DNA from: Gammaproteobacteria bacterium | Lineage (GTDB): Bacteria > Pseudomonadota > Gammaproteobacteria > GCA-001735895 | Assembly: GCA_014382695.1 (NCBI GenBank) | Contig: JACNJF010000194.1 | Location: forward strand, 861 to 64,860 | DNA: 64,000 bases | Reading direction: 5' to 3' | In this document: positions 1-9,034 of the stretch, in pieces | How positions within the stretch are numbered: position 1 is the first letter of the stretch | Layout of the letters: every line of letters begins with the position of its first letter | Notes under the pieces: generated by a model | What the model was told of the DNA's origin: nothing | Database searches by the model: none | Seen by the model: the letters and a program-made list of their open reading frames with translations, nothing else | Translations under genes and position numbers: made by a program

Positions 1-284
1 GTAGTGCGGTATTCATGGAAGAGCAAGGCCATGCTTTGAATATGCGATATAGCCGACGCAAACACAATATTATCTGGTCCGATGATGTGCTGACGCAGGA
101 GGCGCTGGATTGTCTGGATGGGTTTCTGGAGTCGGACTCACCCTACCATGTACGCTACCGTCTGAATCAGGGCGAAGGTGTTATGTGTAATAATGTATTG
201 CATACACGCACTGCCTTTACCGACAGTGCTGAACATAAGCGAGTTTATTATCGGGCTCGATACTACAACCGAATTGAATGTTAG
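1..284 (+). CDS. 3' end of a TauD/TfdA-type Fe(II)/2-oxoglutarate dioxygenase-like gene; the 5' end lies upstream of the window
   Basis: The frame of ORF 15..284 stays open back to the window edge. The C-terminal '...GVMCNNVLHTRTAF...YYRARY' resembles the distal His/Arg region of TauD / gamma-butyrobetaine-hydroxylase-type enzymes. The call rests on motif recall only. Confidence 0.4.
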   Translation, partial: SAVFMEEQGHALNMRYSRRKHNIIWSDDVLTQEALDCLDGFLESDSPYHVRYRLNQGEGVMCNNVLHTRTAFTDSAEHKRVYYRARYYNRIEC

Positions 285-296
285 AGAGAGAATTTT

Positions 297-485
297 ATGC
301 TGTGGCTAAGTGAAGTACTACTGCAAAACCCGCAACTGGAGTCGTTTGAAGATCTACAGGATGTCATTTCTAAGCGCGCGGCTGCGGGAGAGCGTTTTTT
401 CAGAATGGATTTAAAACCGCCGTTCAGCGATACCCCCGGAAACTGGGAAGATCGCCTGGAAGCTGTTTTTACCGCAGTACGCTAA
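297..485 (+). CDS. hypothetical small protein (62 aa)
   Basis: The ORF sits 12 nt after the preceding stop and 18 nt before the next gene on the same strand. I recognise no motif. Confidence 0.35.
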   Translation: MLWLSEVLLQNPQLESFEDLQDVISKRAAAGERFFRMDLKPPFSDTPGNWEDRLEAVFTAVR

Positions 486-503
486 AGCAGGGGAGTCAAT
501 TCT

Positions 504-1196
504 ATGTACTGGCAGGAAGATCAGGATAAAGGTGAGCACTTCGTTGTTCCAGATGATGTAGTGGACCTACTGTTCAGTATCGAGTGCAGAGATCTGCCGC
601 TGGATCATGGCTTTGTACTGTCACAGCAGATCATAAAAAATCTGCCCTGGATACAGGAAGAGCCGCAGGCAGGCATCCATCAGATACATGTGGCCGAATC
701 GGCGAATGGCTGGATGCGTCCGGAAAATACTGAAACCGAAGTGCTGTGTGTTTCTCGTCGTACTAAAATGACACTACGATTGCCAGCCAGCAGACTGGAT
801 GAGGCAACAGCATTGACTGGAAAAACGCTCGACATACAGGGCCATGCGTTGACGGTAGGGCGTTTCTCTACCCGCAAACTGAGTCGATTAACCACTATAT
901 TTGCGCGTTATGTGGATACCCTCGGTAGCGATGACGAAACCGAGTTCCTGGAGTCGATGCAGCAACAACTGTTGCAGAAAGGCATCCGGGTTAAGAAGAT
1001 GATGAGTGGAAGGCTGCTCACCCATCAAAGCGATGAAGGCATCATCCTCACCCGTAAACTGATGGTTAGCGACCTGACCGTTGAAGAGTCTGTGCTGCTG
1101 CAGGAGCAGGGCATAGGCGACCGAAAATTAATGGGAATGGGTATCTTTATGCCACATAAGGGCATAGATGCGGTGAATAAAAAGCAGGAAGGCTAG
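504..1196 (+). CDS. stand-alone Cas6/Cmx6-like RAMP protein (no CRISPR context)
   Basis: This 230-aa ORF ends near its C-terminus with 'GIGDRKLMGMGIF', an exact GhGxxxxxGhG glycine-rich loop as in Cas6 RAMPs. The N-terminus 'MYWQEDQD..VVPDDVVDLLFSIECRDLPLDH' resembles what I recall of the Cas6/Cmx6 (MYXAN subtype) family. That it is a CDS is near certain; the family call is moderate. Confidence 0.5.
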   Translation: MYWQEDQDKGEHFVVPDDVVDLLFSIECRDLPLDHGFVLSQQIIKNLPWIQEEPQAGIHQIHVAESANGWMRPENTETEVLCVSRRTKMTLRLPASRLDEATALTGKTLDIQGHALTVGRFSTRKLSRLTTIFARYVDTLGSDDETEFLESMQQQLLQKGIRVKKMMSGRLLTHQSDEGIILTRKLMVSDLTVEESVLLQEQGIGDRKLMGMGIFMPHKGIDAVNKKQEG

Positions 1197-1230
1197 TCAC
1201 TTACTATAACCAATGGGATAAGTGACTTTT
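1196..1230 (+). terminator. weak hairpin with a short T-run after the Cas6-like gene (possible attenuator or partial terminator)
   Basis: GTCACTTA (1196-1203) pairs with TAAGTGAC (1219-1226) around a 15-nt loop, followed by TTTT. The long loop and short stem make it weak. Confidence 0.25.
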
Positions 1231-1301
1231 CTAAAAACTTGTGGGAAAGTACTGCCCGAATTATTCCATTGATAACAACTTAACGATATTGAGGCATACC
1301 T

Positions 1302-1622
1302 ATGGCACTTGAGTCAGTCGAAAGAACAGAAAAAGGTTACCTGGTCAATTCAAATGACTGGAATGAAGAAATCGCAGCAGAGCTTTTTGCAGAAGAAGGC
1401 ATTACTCCTACCAAAGAACACTGGGATATCATCAAGTACGTGCGTGAGGAAACGCTGGGTGGAGATGAGCCGAATGAGCGTAGCATCATGAAAGCGATGG
1501 GCAAGATCTGGGGGCGCAAGGTGAGCTCGAAGGAAATGTATGAAATGTTTCCCCTTATGCCGTCCAAGCAGGGTCTGAAGATTGGTGGTTGTCCGCAAAG
1601 TACCCGTAAAGGCGGTTATTGA
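1302..1622 (+). CDS. DsrC/TusE-family protein, non-canonical (C-terminal arm lacks the conserved cysteines)
   Basis: At 106 aa it has the length and layout of E. coli TusE ('..EGYL...W.E..A..LA..EGI.L...HW..I.F.R..Y...P..R...K......KG.S..LY.LFP..P.KQ..KI.G'). The arm ends 'KQGLKIGGCPQSTRKGGY' instead of '..AGLPKPxxC-x'. Confidence 0.8.
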   Translation: MALESVERTEKGYLVNSNDWNEEIAAELFAEEGITPTKEHWDIIKYVREETLGGDEPNERSIMKAMGKIWGRKVSSKEMYEMFPLMPSKQGLKIGGCPQSTRKGGY

Positions 1623-1769
1623 TTCAAGATTTTCTGTGAGAGTATTGCTGAAGTAGTGGATAAAAAGGTATTTTCTACCACCTTAGTAATAGTGACGTAA
1701 AGCGACTATTCGCTTACTCTTTCGCCATCTTACAGGTTTATTAGCACACAGTTTGCAGAGGAAGAATTT

Positions 1770-1973
1770 ATGAGCGACAAAGCGGCAAAGATTCAAGAGC
1801 TGATCGAAATGCAGAAAAAATTTATTGCATACGAACAAAAAAATGGCGTTAACTTCAAAGACTATTTCACACCAGAAGCTGGTCATGAGTTAGATGGTTA
1901 CCGTCAATCTTATATGGATAAGGCGATGGAACTGGTCGATATTGCGCATGCGGAAAAAGGATCGCATCGTTAA
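1770..1973 (+). CDS. hypothetical small protein (67 aa)
   Basis: The ORF is preceded by 'gaggaagaattt' (an SD-like GAGGA) and followed directly by a strong intrinsic terminator. I recognise no family. Confidence 0.5.
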   Translation: MSDKAAKIQELIEMQKKFIAYEQKNGVNFKDYFTPEAGHELDGYRQSYMDKAMELVDIAHAEKGSHR

Positions 1974-1998
1974 TCTACAATTTAATACCTGGTCCCAG

Positions 1999-2025
1999 AA
2001 AAGCCGCTTTCTAGCGGCTTTTTTT
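1999..2025 (+). terminator. rho-independent terminator
   Basis: AAAAGCCGC (1999-2007), loop TTTCTA, then GCGGCTTTT followed by a T-run. Confidence 0.8.
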
Positions 2026-2190
2026 ATGGCTGGCTCAAAAAGTTTTAAGCTTTATCTATAGCTCCTGTTATATGGTCAAAAGGGTGGGAATATAAATCAG
2101 ACGTGATTTAAGGTCTTTGTTCTATACTTTATTTATCTAAACCTGTTTACTCAGACTGGAACAACCTGAATCACACTAAAAACGGCACGT

Positions 2191-5100
2191 ATGATTTTAG
2201 CGCAACCATTAACTCGACCGGATATAGGGATGCATCAGTCTATCTCTGTTGGCATCAATGGCTTATTCCATGATCTCGAATATAGTTTAAGTTTACTTTT
2301 CAATATATTGATTTATTTAGTATTTGTATCAATATTTCTGCTGTCTTCTGTTGCATTTGCCAATCAGGCACCTGGTTTTGTGGCAACCTCTTTACTACGC
2401 GTAGCCCTCGATGATAACTATCCACCATACGTCATGCGTAGGACTGATGGTTCAGTTGAAGGTTACCTGATCGATGAATGGAAGTTGTGGGAAGCTAAAA
2501 CCGGTGTCAAAGTCGAGCTGATTGCGACGGACTGGGCGCAGGCAAAAAAAAACATGGCAGAGGGCCGCTCCGATGTGATTGATACTATCTTCCGCACGTC
2601 TGAGAGGGAAACCCGACTGGAATTCAGTGCGCCATACGCGACCTTGCCCGTTTCCATCTATACGATTTCGAAACTGCTCGGTATCAATGATATCAACGGA
2701 CTGGAAGGCTTTCGGGTGGGTGTAAAGGATGGTGATGCCTGTGTCGACAGGCTGCGTGCCGGCGGAATTACCGATATAAAGCCTTATACCGATTATGAAA
2801 CCCTGTTGCAGGCAGTTCTGGCTGAGAAGGTGCATGTTTTCTGTATGGATGATCCCCCTGCCAATTATCTTATTTTCCGGGCTGGAGCCGAACACAAGCT
2901 ACTCAAGGCTTTTAGCCTGTATAGCGGAGAGTTTCATCGTGCCGTGCGCAAAGGTGATAGCGCGACTCTGGCTCTGGTTGAGTCGGGATTTGCAGCGATT
3001 ACAGCGCCTGAGCGTGAAGCGTTGCAGGATAAGTGGATGGGACAGAGCCTGCAAAATCCATTGCTACGCAATCTCATTTATTACCTTGTTATTGCTGCGA
3101 TCCTGGCGGTGTTACTGCTGGTCGTATCACTCATACTTCGCCATCTGGTGAGAGTACGCACAGCCGCTCTGGTCACTTCACAAAATAAACTGCAGGCGAC
3201 ACTGGATGCGTTACCGGACCTCTTGTTTGAGATGGATATCAACGGGTGTTATCTCGCTTACCACTCTCCCCGCACCGATTTACTGGCGCTTCCTGTCGAG
3301 CATTTTCTGGGCAAGAAAAACGATGAATTATTGCCGCCCGAAGTGGCTAAAATTGGCATGGAGGCAATACAAGAAGCCGCACAAATGGGCTTTTCCTCGG
3401 GCCGCCAGTTTGAGTTAAGGCTCGGTGGTGTGATTCACTGGTTTGAGCTATCGGTTGCTCGAAAATCGGGTGAGGCTGGCAAACTTCCTTCCTTCGTCGT
3501 ACTTTCTCGTGATATCACCTCACGTAAGCTGGCAGAGTTACAGGTTGCCCGTTTGACCCGTCTATACGCAGCCTTAAGTCAGTGCAACCAGGCGATAGTA
3601 CGTTGCACAACTGAAGCTGAGCTGTTTACCCAGATTTGCCGCGATGCGGTGAATTTTGGTGGGATGAAAATGGCCTGGATCGGTTTGATGGACGAAACCA
3701 CCAACAGTGTTAATCCAGTGGCCGCTTTTGGCGAGGGAATTAAGTATCTGGAGGGACTGGAGATTTCCCTGGATGCGAATTCAGCCAGTGGTCGTGGCCC
3801 GACCGGAATCGCCTTACGCGAAGACCGGCCTTACTGGTGCCAGGATTTTGAGCAGGATCCGGCTACTGCACTTTGGCATGAGCGCGCTGCAGAGTTTGGC
3901 TGGAAATCATCGGCGGCATTACCTCTTTACCGCAACAATATCATCATCGGTGCCTTTAATCTGTATGAAGATAGTGTCGATGCGTTTGATGAGGCCGCGC
4001 AAAACCTGCTGGTCGAAATGGCAACCGATATCAGCTATGCGCTGACCAATTTTGCCCATCAGCAAGCGCGCCAGCAGGCGGAACATGAACGTGAACAGTT
4101 GCTGCAACGAGAACAGCAGGCACGCAATGAAGCCGATAAAACGCGCCGGACCATCAGCGATATCATCGGTAGAATCAGTGATGGCTTCGTCGCACTGGAC
4201 AGAAACTGGTGCTACACCTATGTCAATTCTCAGGCTGCTGAGATGTTTGATCGTAGCGTAGAACAACTAGTCGGTAAGCATATCTGGACAGAGTTCCCCG
4301 AAGGGGTGGGGCAAAAATTTCAACTGGCCTACGAAAAAGCGATGCATGAGCAGAAACCAGCTTTTTTTGAGGAGTATTATCCACCTTATAAGCGCTGGTT
4401 TGAGAATCACATCTATCCATCCCCGGATGGGATATCGATTTACTTTCACGATGTCACCGAACGCAAGCGCATAGAGCAGGCATTACGCGAAAGTGAACAG
4501 GCTTACCGCGCTACTTTTGAGCAGGCCGCTGTGGGTATTGCAAATGTAGCAGCCGATGGGACCTGGCTCGAGGTTAATAACCGGCTGGCTGAGATTGTCG
4601 GCTATACGCATGATGAGTTACTCGAGTTGACCTTTCAGGACATCACGCATCCGGCTGATCTACAGAAAGATCTGGACAGTGTGCATCGGTTACTGGCTGG
4701 AGAAATCGATACCTACAAAATGGAGAAGCGCTATATCCGTAAGTCAGGTGACTTCATATGGATACAGTTAACTGCTTCGCTGGTGAAAAATGATGACGGA
4801 TCGCCCAAATACTTTATTTCAGTAATAGAGGATATCCATCAGCGTAAACTTGATGAGGTTCAATTGCATAAATTGTCGATCGTGGTTGAGCAAAGCCCCA
4901 ATCCCATCATGATTACCGATCTGGACACCAAGATTGAGTATGTGAATGCAGCTTTCAATCAAGTCTCCGGTTACAGTTCAGACGAAGCGCTGGGGAAAAC
5001 ACCGCAATTATTAAAATCAGGCGAGACTCCCATCGAGGTCTATCAGGATATGTGGGCACATCTTTTACGCGGTGAGGTATGGCGTGGAGAACTAACCAAT

Positions 5101-6531
5101 CAACGCAAGGATGGCAGCGTGTATGACGAGCTGGCGATCATTTCGCCGGTGCGTGATGCCAATGGAACTATCACCAATTATCTCGGCATCAAGGAAAACA
5201 TTACCGAGAAAAAGCATGCTGAAGCGCGCATTCAGCAACTGGCCTATTTTGACCAACTCACCGGCCTGCCCAATCGCAGCCAGTTGATTGACCGCTTCAA
5301 TTCTGCACTCAGTTTTGCGCAACGTAATACTGAGAAATTGGCGCTCATGTTTCTGGATCTGGATCATTTCAAGAATATCAATGACACCCTGGGGCATAGT
5401 ATTGGAGATAAATTACTGGTAAAGGTTGCGCACCGGCTTAAACGTATCCTGCGCGAAGAGGACACTTTATCGAGGCTGGGCGGTGATGAGTTCATCCTGT
5501 TATTGCCAAATACCGAGGAAGATGAAGCGCGCCAGATTGCGATTAAACTGATTGAAGCGATTGCTCTACCGTTTCAGCTTGATCAGTATGAACTGGGAAG
5601 TACGCTGTCGATAGGTATTGCGATCTACCCGCTTGATGGCGAAGACTTTGAAACACTGCTACGCAATGCGGATACCGCAATGTACCGGGTGAAACAGGCC
5701 GCGCGTAACGATTTCTGTTTCTTTACCGAGGAGATGCAACTGCATTCTGCGCGCGCATTGAAACTACTGAATGCATTACGTCATGCGCTGGCACGGAATG
5801 AACTGCAGCTACATTATCAGCCACAAATAGAGTTGGTCAGTGGAAGGGTGATTGGTGCGGAAGCCTTACTGCGTTGGAACAATGCTGAGCTGGGTATGAT
5901 TTCACCGGCTGAGTTTATCCCGATTGCGGAAGAGAGTGGACTGATTTTACCGATCGGTGAATGGGTGTTGCGCAGCGCAGTGACTCAGATGAAGCGCTGG
6001 ATGGATGACGGCCTGGCACCGATTGTCGTAGCCGTGAATCTGTCCGTGGTGCAGTTTCGTCATCCTAATCTGACCGACCTGGTCACACGGATACTGAAAC
6101 AGGCTGGTTTGCCGGCGCAGTATCTGGAGCTGGAGTTGACCGAGGCGGTTGCGATGAAAGATCCACAGGGTGCTATTGGAGTGATGAACCGATTGCATGA
6201 GCAAGGTATCCAGATGTCGATCGATGACTTTGGAACCGGTTATTCCAGTTTGAGTTATCTAAAGAAATTCAAGATTGCCAAACTCAAAATCGACCAGTCA
6301 TTTGTACGCGATATTATTGATGATCCGGATGATAGGGCGATTGTGGTTGCGATCATCAATCTGGCCCGTAGTCTGGGTATCCAAACCCTTGCCGAAGGGG
6401 TCGAAACGGAGCATCAGCAGTCACTCCTGCAGGCCCAGGGCTGTGATGAAGTGCAGGGTTATTACTACAGCAGACCGCTGCCGGCGGATCAGTTTGAAGC
6501 CTATGTGCGGAATAAGACAGGCTTAAATTGA
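2191..6531 (+). CDS. multi-sensor c-di-GMP protein: periplasmic solute-binding (PBPb) domain, TM, PAS, GAF, three PAS, GGDEF, EAL
   Basis: N-terminal TM, then an SBP-type-3-like segment ('LRVALDDNYPPYV..GYLIDEW') and a second TM ('LIYYLVIAAILAVLLLVV'). PAS/GAF segments follow. GGDEF reads 'REEDTLSRLGGDEF', giving an RxxD I-site plus an intact GGDEF. EAL reads 'GAEALLRW', 'DDFGTGYSSL', 'KIDQSFV'. An alternative start lies at the Met of 'MHQSIS'. Confidence 0.9.
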   Translation: MILAQPLTRPDIGMHQSISVGINGLFHDLEYSLSLLFNILIYLVFVSIFLLSSVAFANQAPGFVATSLLRVALDDNYPPYVMRRTDGSVEGYLIDEWKLWEAKTGVKVELIATDWAQAKKNMAEGRSDVIDTIFRTSERETRLEFSAPYATLPVSIYTISKLLGINDINGLEGFRVGVKDGDACVDRLRAGGITDIKPYTDYETLLQAVLAEKVHVFCMDDPPANYLIFRAGAEHKLLKAFSLYSGEFHRAVRKGDSATLALVESGFAAITAPEREALQDKWMGQSLQNPLLRNLIYYLVIAAILAVLLLVVSLILRHLVRVRTAALVTSQNKLQATLDALPDLLFEMDINGCYLAYHSPRTDLLALPVEHFLGKKNDELLPPEVAKIGMEAIQEAAQMGFSSGRQFELRLGGVIHWFELSVARKSGEAGKLPSFVVLSRDITSRKLAELQVARLTRLYAALSQCNQAIVRCTTEAELFTQICRDAVNFGGMKMAWIGLMDETTNSVNPVAAFGEGIKYLEGLEISLDANSASGRGPTGIALREDRPYWCQDFEQDPATALWHERAAEFGWKSSAALPLYRNNIIIGAFNLYEDSVDAFDEAAQNLLVEMATDISYALTNFAHQQARQQAEHEREQLLQREQQARNEADKTRRTISDIIGRISDGFVALDRNWCYTYVNSQAAEMFDRSVEQLVGKHIWTEFPEGVGQKFQLAYEKAMHEQKPAFFEEYYPPYKRWFENHIYPSPDGISIYFHDVTERKRIEQALRESEQAYRATFEQAAVGIANVAADGTWLEVNNRLAEIVGYTHDELLELTFQDITHPADLQKDLDSVHRLLAGEIDTYKMEKRYIRKSGDFIWIQLTASLVKNDDGSPKYFISVIEDIHQRKLDEVQLHKLSIVVEQSPNPIMITDLDTKIEYVNAAFNQVSGYSSDEALGKTPQLLKSGETPIEVYQDMWAHLLRGEVWRGELTNQRKDGSVYDELAIISPVRDANGTITNYLGIKENITEKKHAEARIQQLAYFDQLTGLPNRSQLIDRFNSALSFAQRNTEKLALMFLDLDHFKNINDTLGHSIGDKLLVKVAHRLKRILREEDTLSRLGGDEFILLLPNTEEDEARQIAIKLIEAIALPFQLDQYELGSTLSIGIAIYPLDGEDFETLLRNADTAMYRVKQAARNDFCFFTEEMQLHSARALKLLNALRHALARNELQLHYQPQIELVSGRVIGAEALLRWNNAELGMISPAEFIPIAEESGLILPIGEWVLRSAVTQMKRWMDDGLAPIVVAVNLSVVQFRHPNLTDLVTRILKQAGLPAQYLELELTEAVAMKDPQGAIGVMNRLHEQGIQMSIDDFGTGYSSLSYLKKFKIAKLKIDQSFVRDIIDDPDDRAIVVAIINLARSLGIQTLAEGVETEHQQSLLQAQGCDEVQGYYYSRPLPADQFEAYVRNKTGLN

Positions 6532-6547
6532 TGTTGTCTCGATCCGC

Positions 6548-7219
6548 TTAAAGTTCGACCCAGCGCCGCACCAGATTATTAAAGGTAGCACTAATCTTAC
6601 GGGTCGCTTCTGAGTTGGGTAATTCTTTATACAGCATTTCACGTGCCTGATTCAGCTCGTAAAGCATTTCGCGTTTTGCTGGATCGCGCACGGTACTTTG
6701 TGACCAGGTGACCGCAACCAGTCGAACTCCACTGGTAACCGGCGCGACATAATGACGACTATGCGACGGGTACATCACTGCAGAACCGGCTTGCAGCTTG
6801 ATCTGCCTTTCACCATAGCTATCCATGATGGTCAGTTCGCCCCCTTCATAGTCTTCCGGATCGGATAAGAAAATGGTGGTTGAGACATCGGTGCGGTAGA
6901 GTTCTCCCTGACCCATGATCGGATCATCGACATGTTCACCATACGCCATACCCTGTTCATAACGCACATAAAACGGGGCCGCGACACGTTTTGGCCACAC
7001 CACCGCCTTAAATTTCGGGTGGCGCACCAGGTTACCCATTACCAATTCATTGAGTTCATTAAAATGGCTCGATTGCGGATTCATTTCCTGATTATTTTTG
7101 ACCCCCCTGGCCATCATGCCTGCAGAAAGCCTGCCATCGACGAAAGGGGAATCCTGCAGTAACTGCCTTATTTTAGTCAGGTTTTGTGCGGATATAAGGT
7201 GATCAATAGAAGCTAACAT
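6548..7219 (-). CDS. ybiX: PKHD-type Fe(II)/2OG hydroxylase (YbiX/PiuC family)
   Basis: End-to-end resemblance to E. coli YbiX: 'VKNNQE', 'HVDDP', 'TDVSTTIFLSDPEDYEGGEL', 'YPSHSRHYVAPVTSGVRLV'. Confidence 0.85.
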   Translation of the reverse strand: MLASIDHLISAQNLTKIRQLLQDSPFVDGRLSAGMMARGVKNNQEMNPQSSHFNELNELVMGNLVRHPKFKAVVWPKRVAAPFYVRYEQGMAYGEHVDDPIMGQGELYRTDVSTTIFLSDPEDYEGGELTIMDSYGERQIKLQAGSAVMYPSHSRHYVAPVTSGVRLVAVTWSQSTVRDPAKREMLYELNQAREMLYKELPNSEATRKISATFNNLVRRWVEL

Positions 7220-7222
7220 AGG

Positions 7223-7228
7223 TATAAT
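7223..7228 (+). promoter_or_regulatory. candidate -10 hexamer (TATAAT) for the 7254 gene
   Basis: A perfect TATAAT sits 26 nt upstream of ATG 7254, with an AGGA Shine-Dalgarno between them. The -35 is poor (TGATCA at 7200-7205). Confidence 0.3.
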
Positions 7229-7253
7229 GACTCAAAAATTGACAGGAAAACGC

Positions 7254-7574
7254 ATGATACTGAATATCCTAATTGAAGACCAAAGTTATCCCGTGGAAGT
7301 GCCGGAGGCGATTGTGATGGAAGCCGGTGATTATTTTCAGACTCTGGACAAAGATATGGACAAGGGCTGGCAGATGAGTCGAAGCTGGGTGGATAAGCCC
7401 AATGTCGAGCAGCGTTGTCAGATCGTGGCCGACCGGATTCTGGGTGCATTTGAGCAGGAAAATAAAGCCTCACTGGTGATGCTGTCGGCGTATATCCTGT
7501 CGCGCTACCCGAGCGTGAAGAGCGTTTCGATTAGTACCGATGGTGAAATGCAGGAAACTTCTTTCGACTTTTAA
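7254..7574 (+). CDS. hypothetical protein (106 aa from ATG 7254; the ORF is open from 7227)
   Basis: ATG 7254 is preceded by 'caggaaaacgc' (SD). ATG 7227 overlaps the TATAAT and leaves only 7 nt to the divergent ybiX start. No family recognised. Confidence 0.6.
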   Translation: MILNILIEDQSYPVEVPEAIVMEAGDYFQTLDKDMDKGWQMSRSWVDKPNVEQRCQIVADRILGAFEQENKASLVMLSAYILSRYPSVKSVSISTDGEMQETSFDF

Positions 7575-7655
7575 AGGTTTTTTTTAAATCCAGGCTGCGC
7601 TGTCTTGCTAACCCGCTTAGCAATGCTGTTCTGACGGTGCCCATCGAAACGGTGT

Positions 7656-8657
7656 ATGGTGTTGAAGCAAATTTACCTCTCTCTGATATTCCTGTTCAGC
7701 GTGCCGTTAAGCGCGCAGACGGCTTGCTGGGAGATAGAAAATAACGACCAGCGTCTGGCTTGCTACGACCAGCAGGAACAAGCTGCCGAAGACGCGCTAC
7801 CTCTGGACCGGATCAAAAGCCGGAAAACACCGGAGGAGGGTGAATACTCGCTGTTGAATGAGCGCTGGGAGCTGGATCAGGATCTGGTGCAATACGCCTT
7901 TCGTGCCTATAAACCGGTTTATTTTCTGCCTATTGCCTACAGCTCAGATGTGAATACATCACCACGCACCAATAATCCCATCACAAGCGTTACCGATGAA
8001 CTCAACATCGATCATCTGGAAGCGCGACTGCAGCTCAGTTTCAAAACCAAATTGATCAACGATGTGATTGGTGATAATGGGGATCTGTGGTTCGGCTATA
8101 CCCAGTCATCACACTGGCAACTGTACAATACCGCAGAGTCGCGCGCGTTCCGTGAAACCAATCATGAGCCCGAGTTCATGTTTGTGTGGCGTACCGATTA
8201 CAGCCTGTTCGGTTTTCATGGCAGGATGCTCAGTTTGAGCCTGAATCATCAATCCAACGGTCAGGATGAACCCCTTTCACGTAGCTGGAACCGCATTATT
8301 CTGACCGTCGGTTTTGACCGTCCGGACTGGGTGGTGCAACTGCGCCCCTGGTGGCGGATACCGGAACGGTCTGCGGAAGAGGATGAAAACCCGGATATTG
8401 AAGATAGTATTGGGCGTGGCGAACTGCTGATCGTTCACCGCAAGAAAAACTCACATCAGATTGCGACCCAGATACGTCACTCATTCGAGCGTCTGGAACA
8501 GGCTCAGGGGTCGATTAAGGTGGACTGGTCTTATCCCTGTTTTCATCGACTGCGCTGTCATGCTCAGGTCTTTCACGGCTATGGTGAAAGCCTGATCGAC
8601 TTTAATCATAAAACCACCAGTGTTGGCCTCGGTGTCGCCTTAGTGGAATGGTTTTAA
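7656..8657 (+). CDS. pldA: outer-membrane phospholipase A (OMPLA)
   Basis: Signal peptide 'MVLKQIYLSLIFLFSVPLSAQT', 'YKPVYFLP', and the catalytic 'HQSNG' (His-x-Ser-Asn-Gly) motif. Confidence 0.85.
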   Translation: MVLKQIYLSLIFLFSVPLSAQTACWEIENNDQRLACYDQQEQAAEDALPLDRIKSRKTPEEGEYSLLNERWELDQDLVQYAFRAYKPVYFLPIAYSSDVNTSPRTNNPITSVTDELNIDHLEARLQLSFKTKLINDVIGDNGDLWFGYTQSSHWQLYNTAESRAFRETNHEPEFMFVWRTDYSLFGFHGRMLSLSLNHQSNGQDEPLSRSWNRIILTVGFDRPDWVVQLRPWWRIPERSAEEDENPDIEDSIGRGELLIVHRKKNSHQIATQIRHSFERLEQAQGSIKVDWSYPCFHRLRCHAQVFHGYGESLIDFNHKTTSVGLGVALVEWF

Positions 8658-9034
8658 GTTTTTCTCAATAGCGCTTACGTGCGATAGTTTATTGTTTAAA
8701 ACGACCACTTCAGTGCAAAGCTGACAGTCTATTTTAAGAAAGTCTGGTTATTTAAATTACTCACGCTTCCAGAGGTGCGCCATTTAATTCTGGATGTTAT
8801 AGGAAACAGGGGTTTCAGGCATTATCGCCAGGTGTCTACTATCTACCAATGGCTCTTTCTTCTTTTATCCACGTTAAGCCCTGTAATTTTCAATTTAACA
8901 GTGGTTTAAACTCTAAATGTCTCACTACATGAAGGCGTTCAACAAAATTATTAGCAAGTAGCCACAAGTTATTAGAACAGGAATAAGTCTCATTTATACT
9001 GCATCCATTCATAGTCACCCACCAGGTATACAGT

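Noticed and set aside
1-2200. A CRISPR array or further cas genes near the Cas6/Cmx6-like gene; I also looked across the whole window.
   Set aside because: No regularly spaced direct repeats of 25-40 bp are visible. The flanking intergenic segments are short and non-repetitive, and no Cas1, 2, 3, 5, 7 or 8-like ORFs are present.
7219-7250. A possible Fur box (ggtATAATGActcAAAAATTgac) upstream of ybiX/piuC.
   Set aside because: It is only a partial, non-palindromic match to the GATAATGATAATCATTATC consensus, which is too weak to call.
8658-9034. The 377-bp intergenic region upstream of maeB as a possible tRNA, sRNA or riboswitch.
   Set aside because: I could find no tRNA-like T-arm or acceptor pairing, no strong hairpin with a T-run, and no recognisable riboswitch core. 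The only ORF is 14 codons. It is most simply a promoter/leader region.
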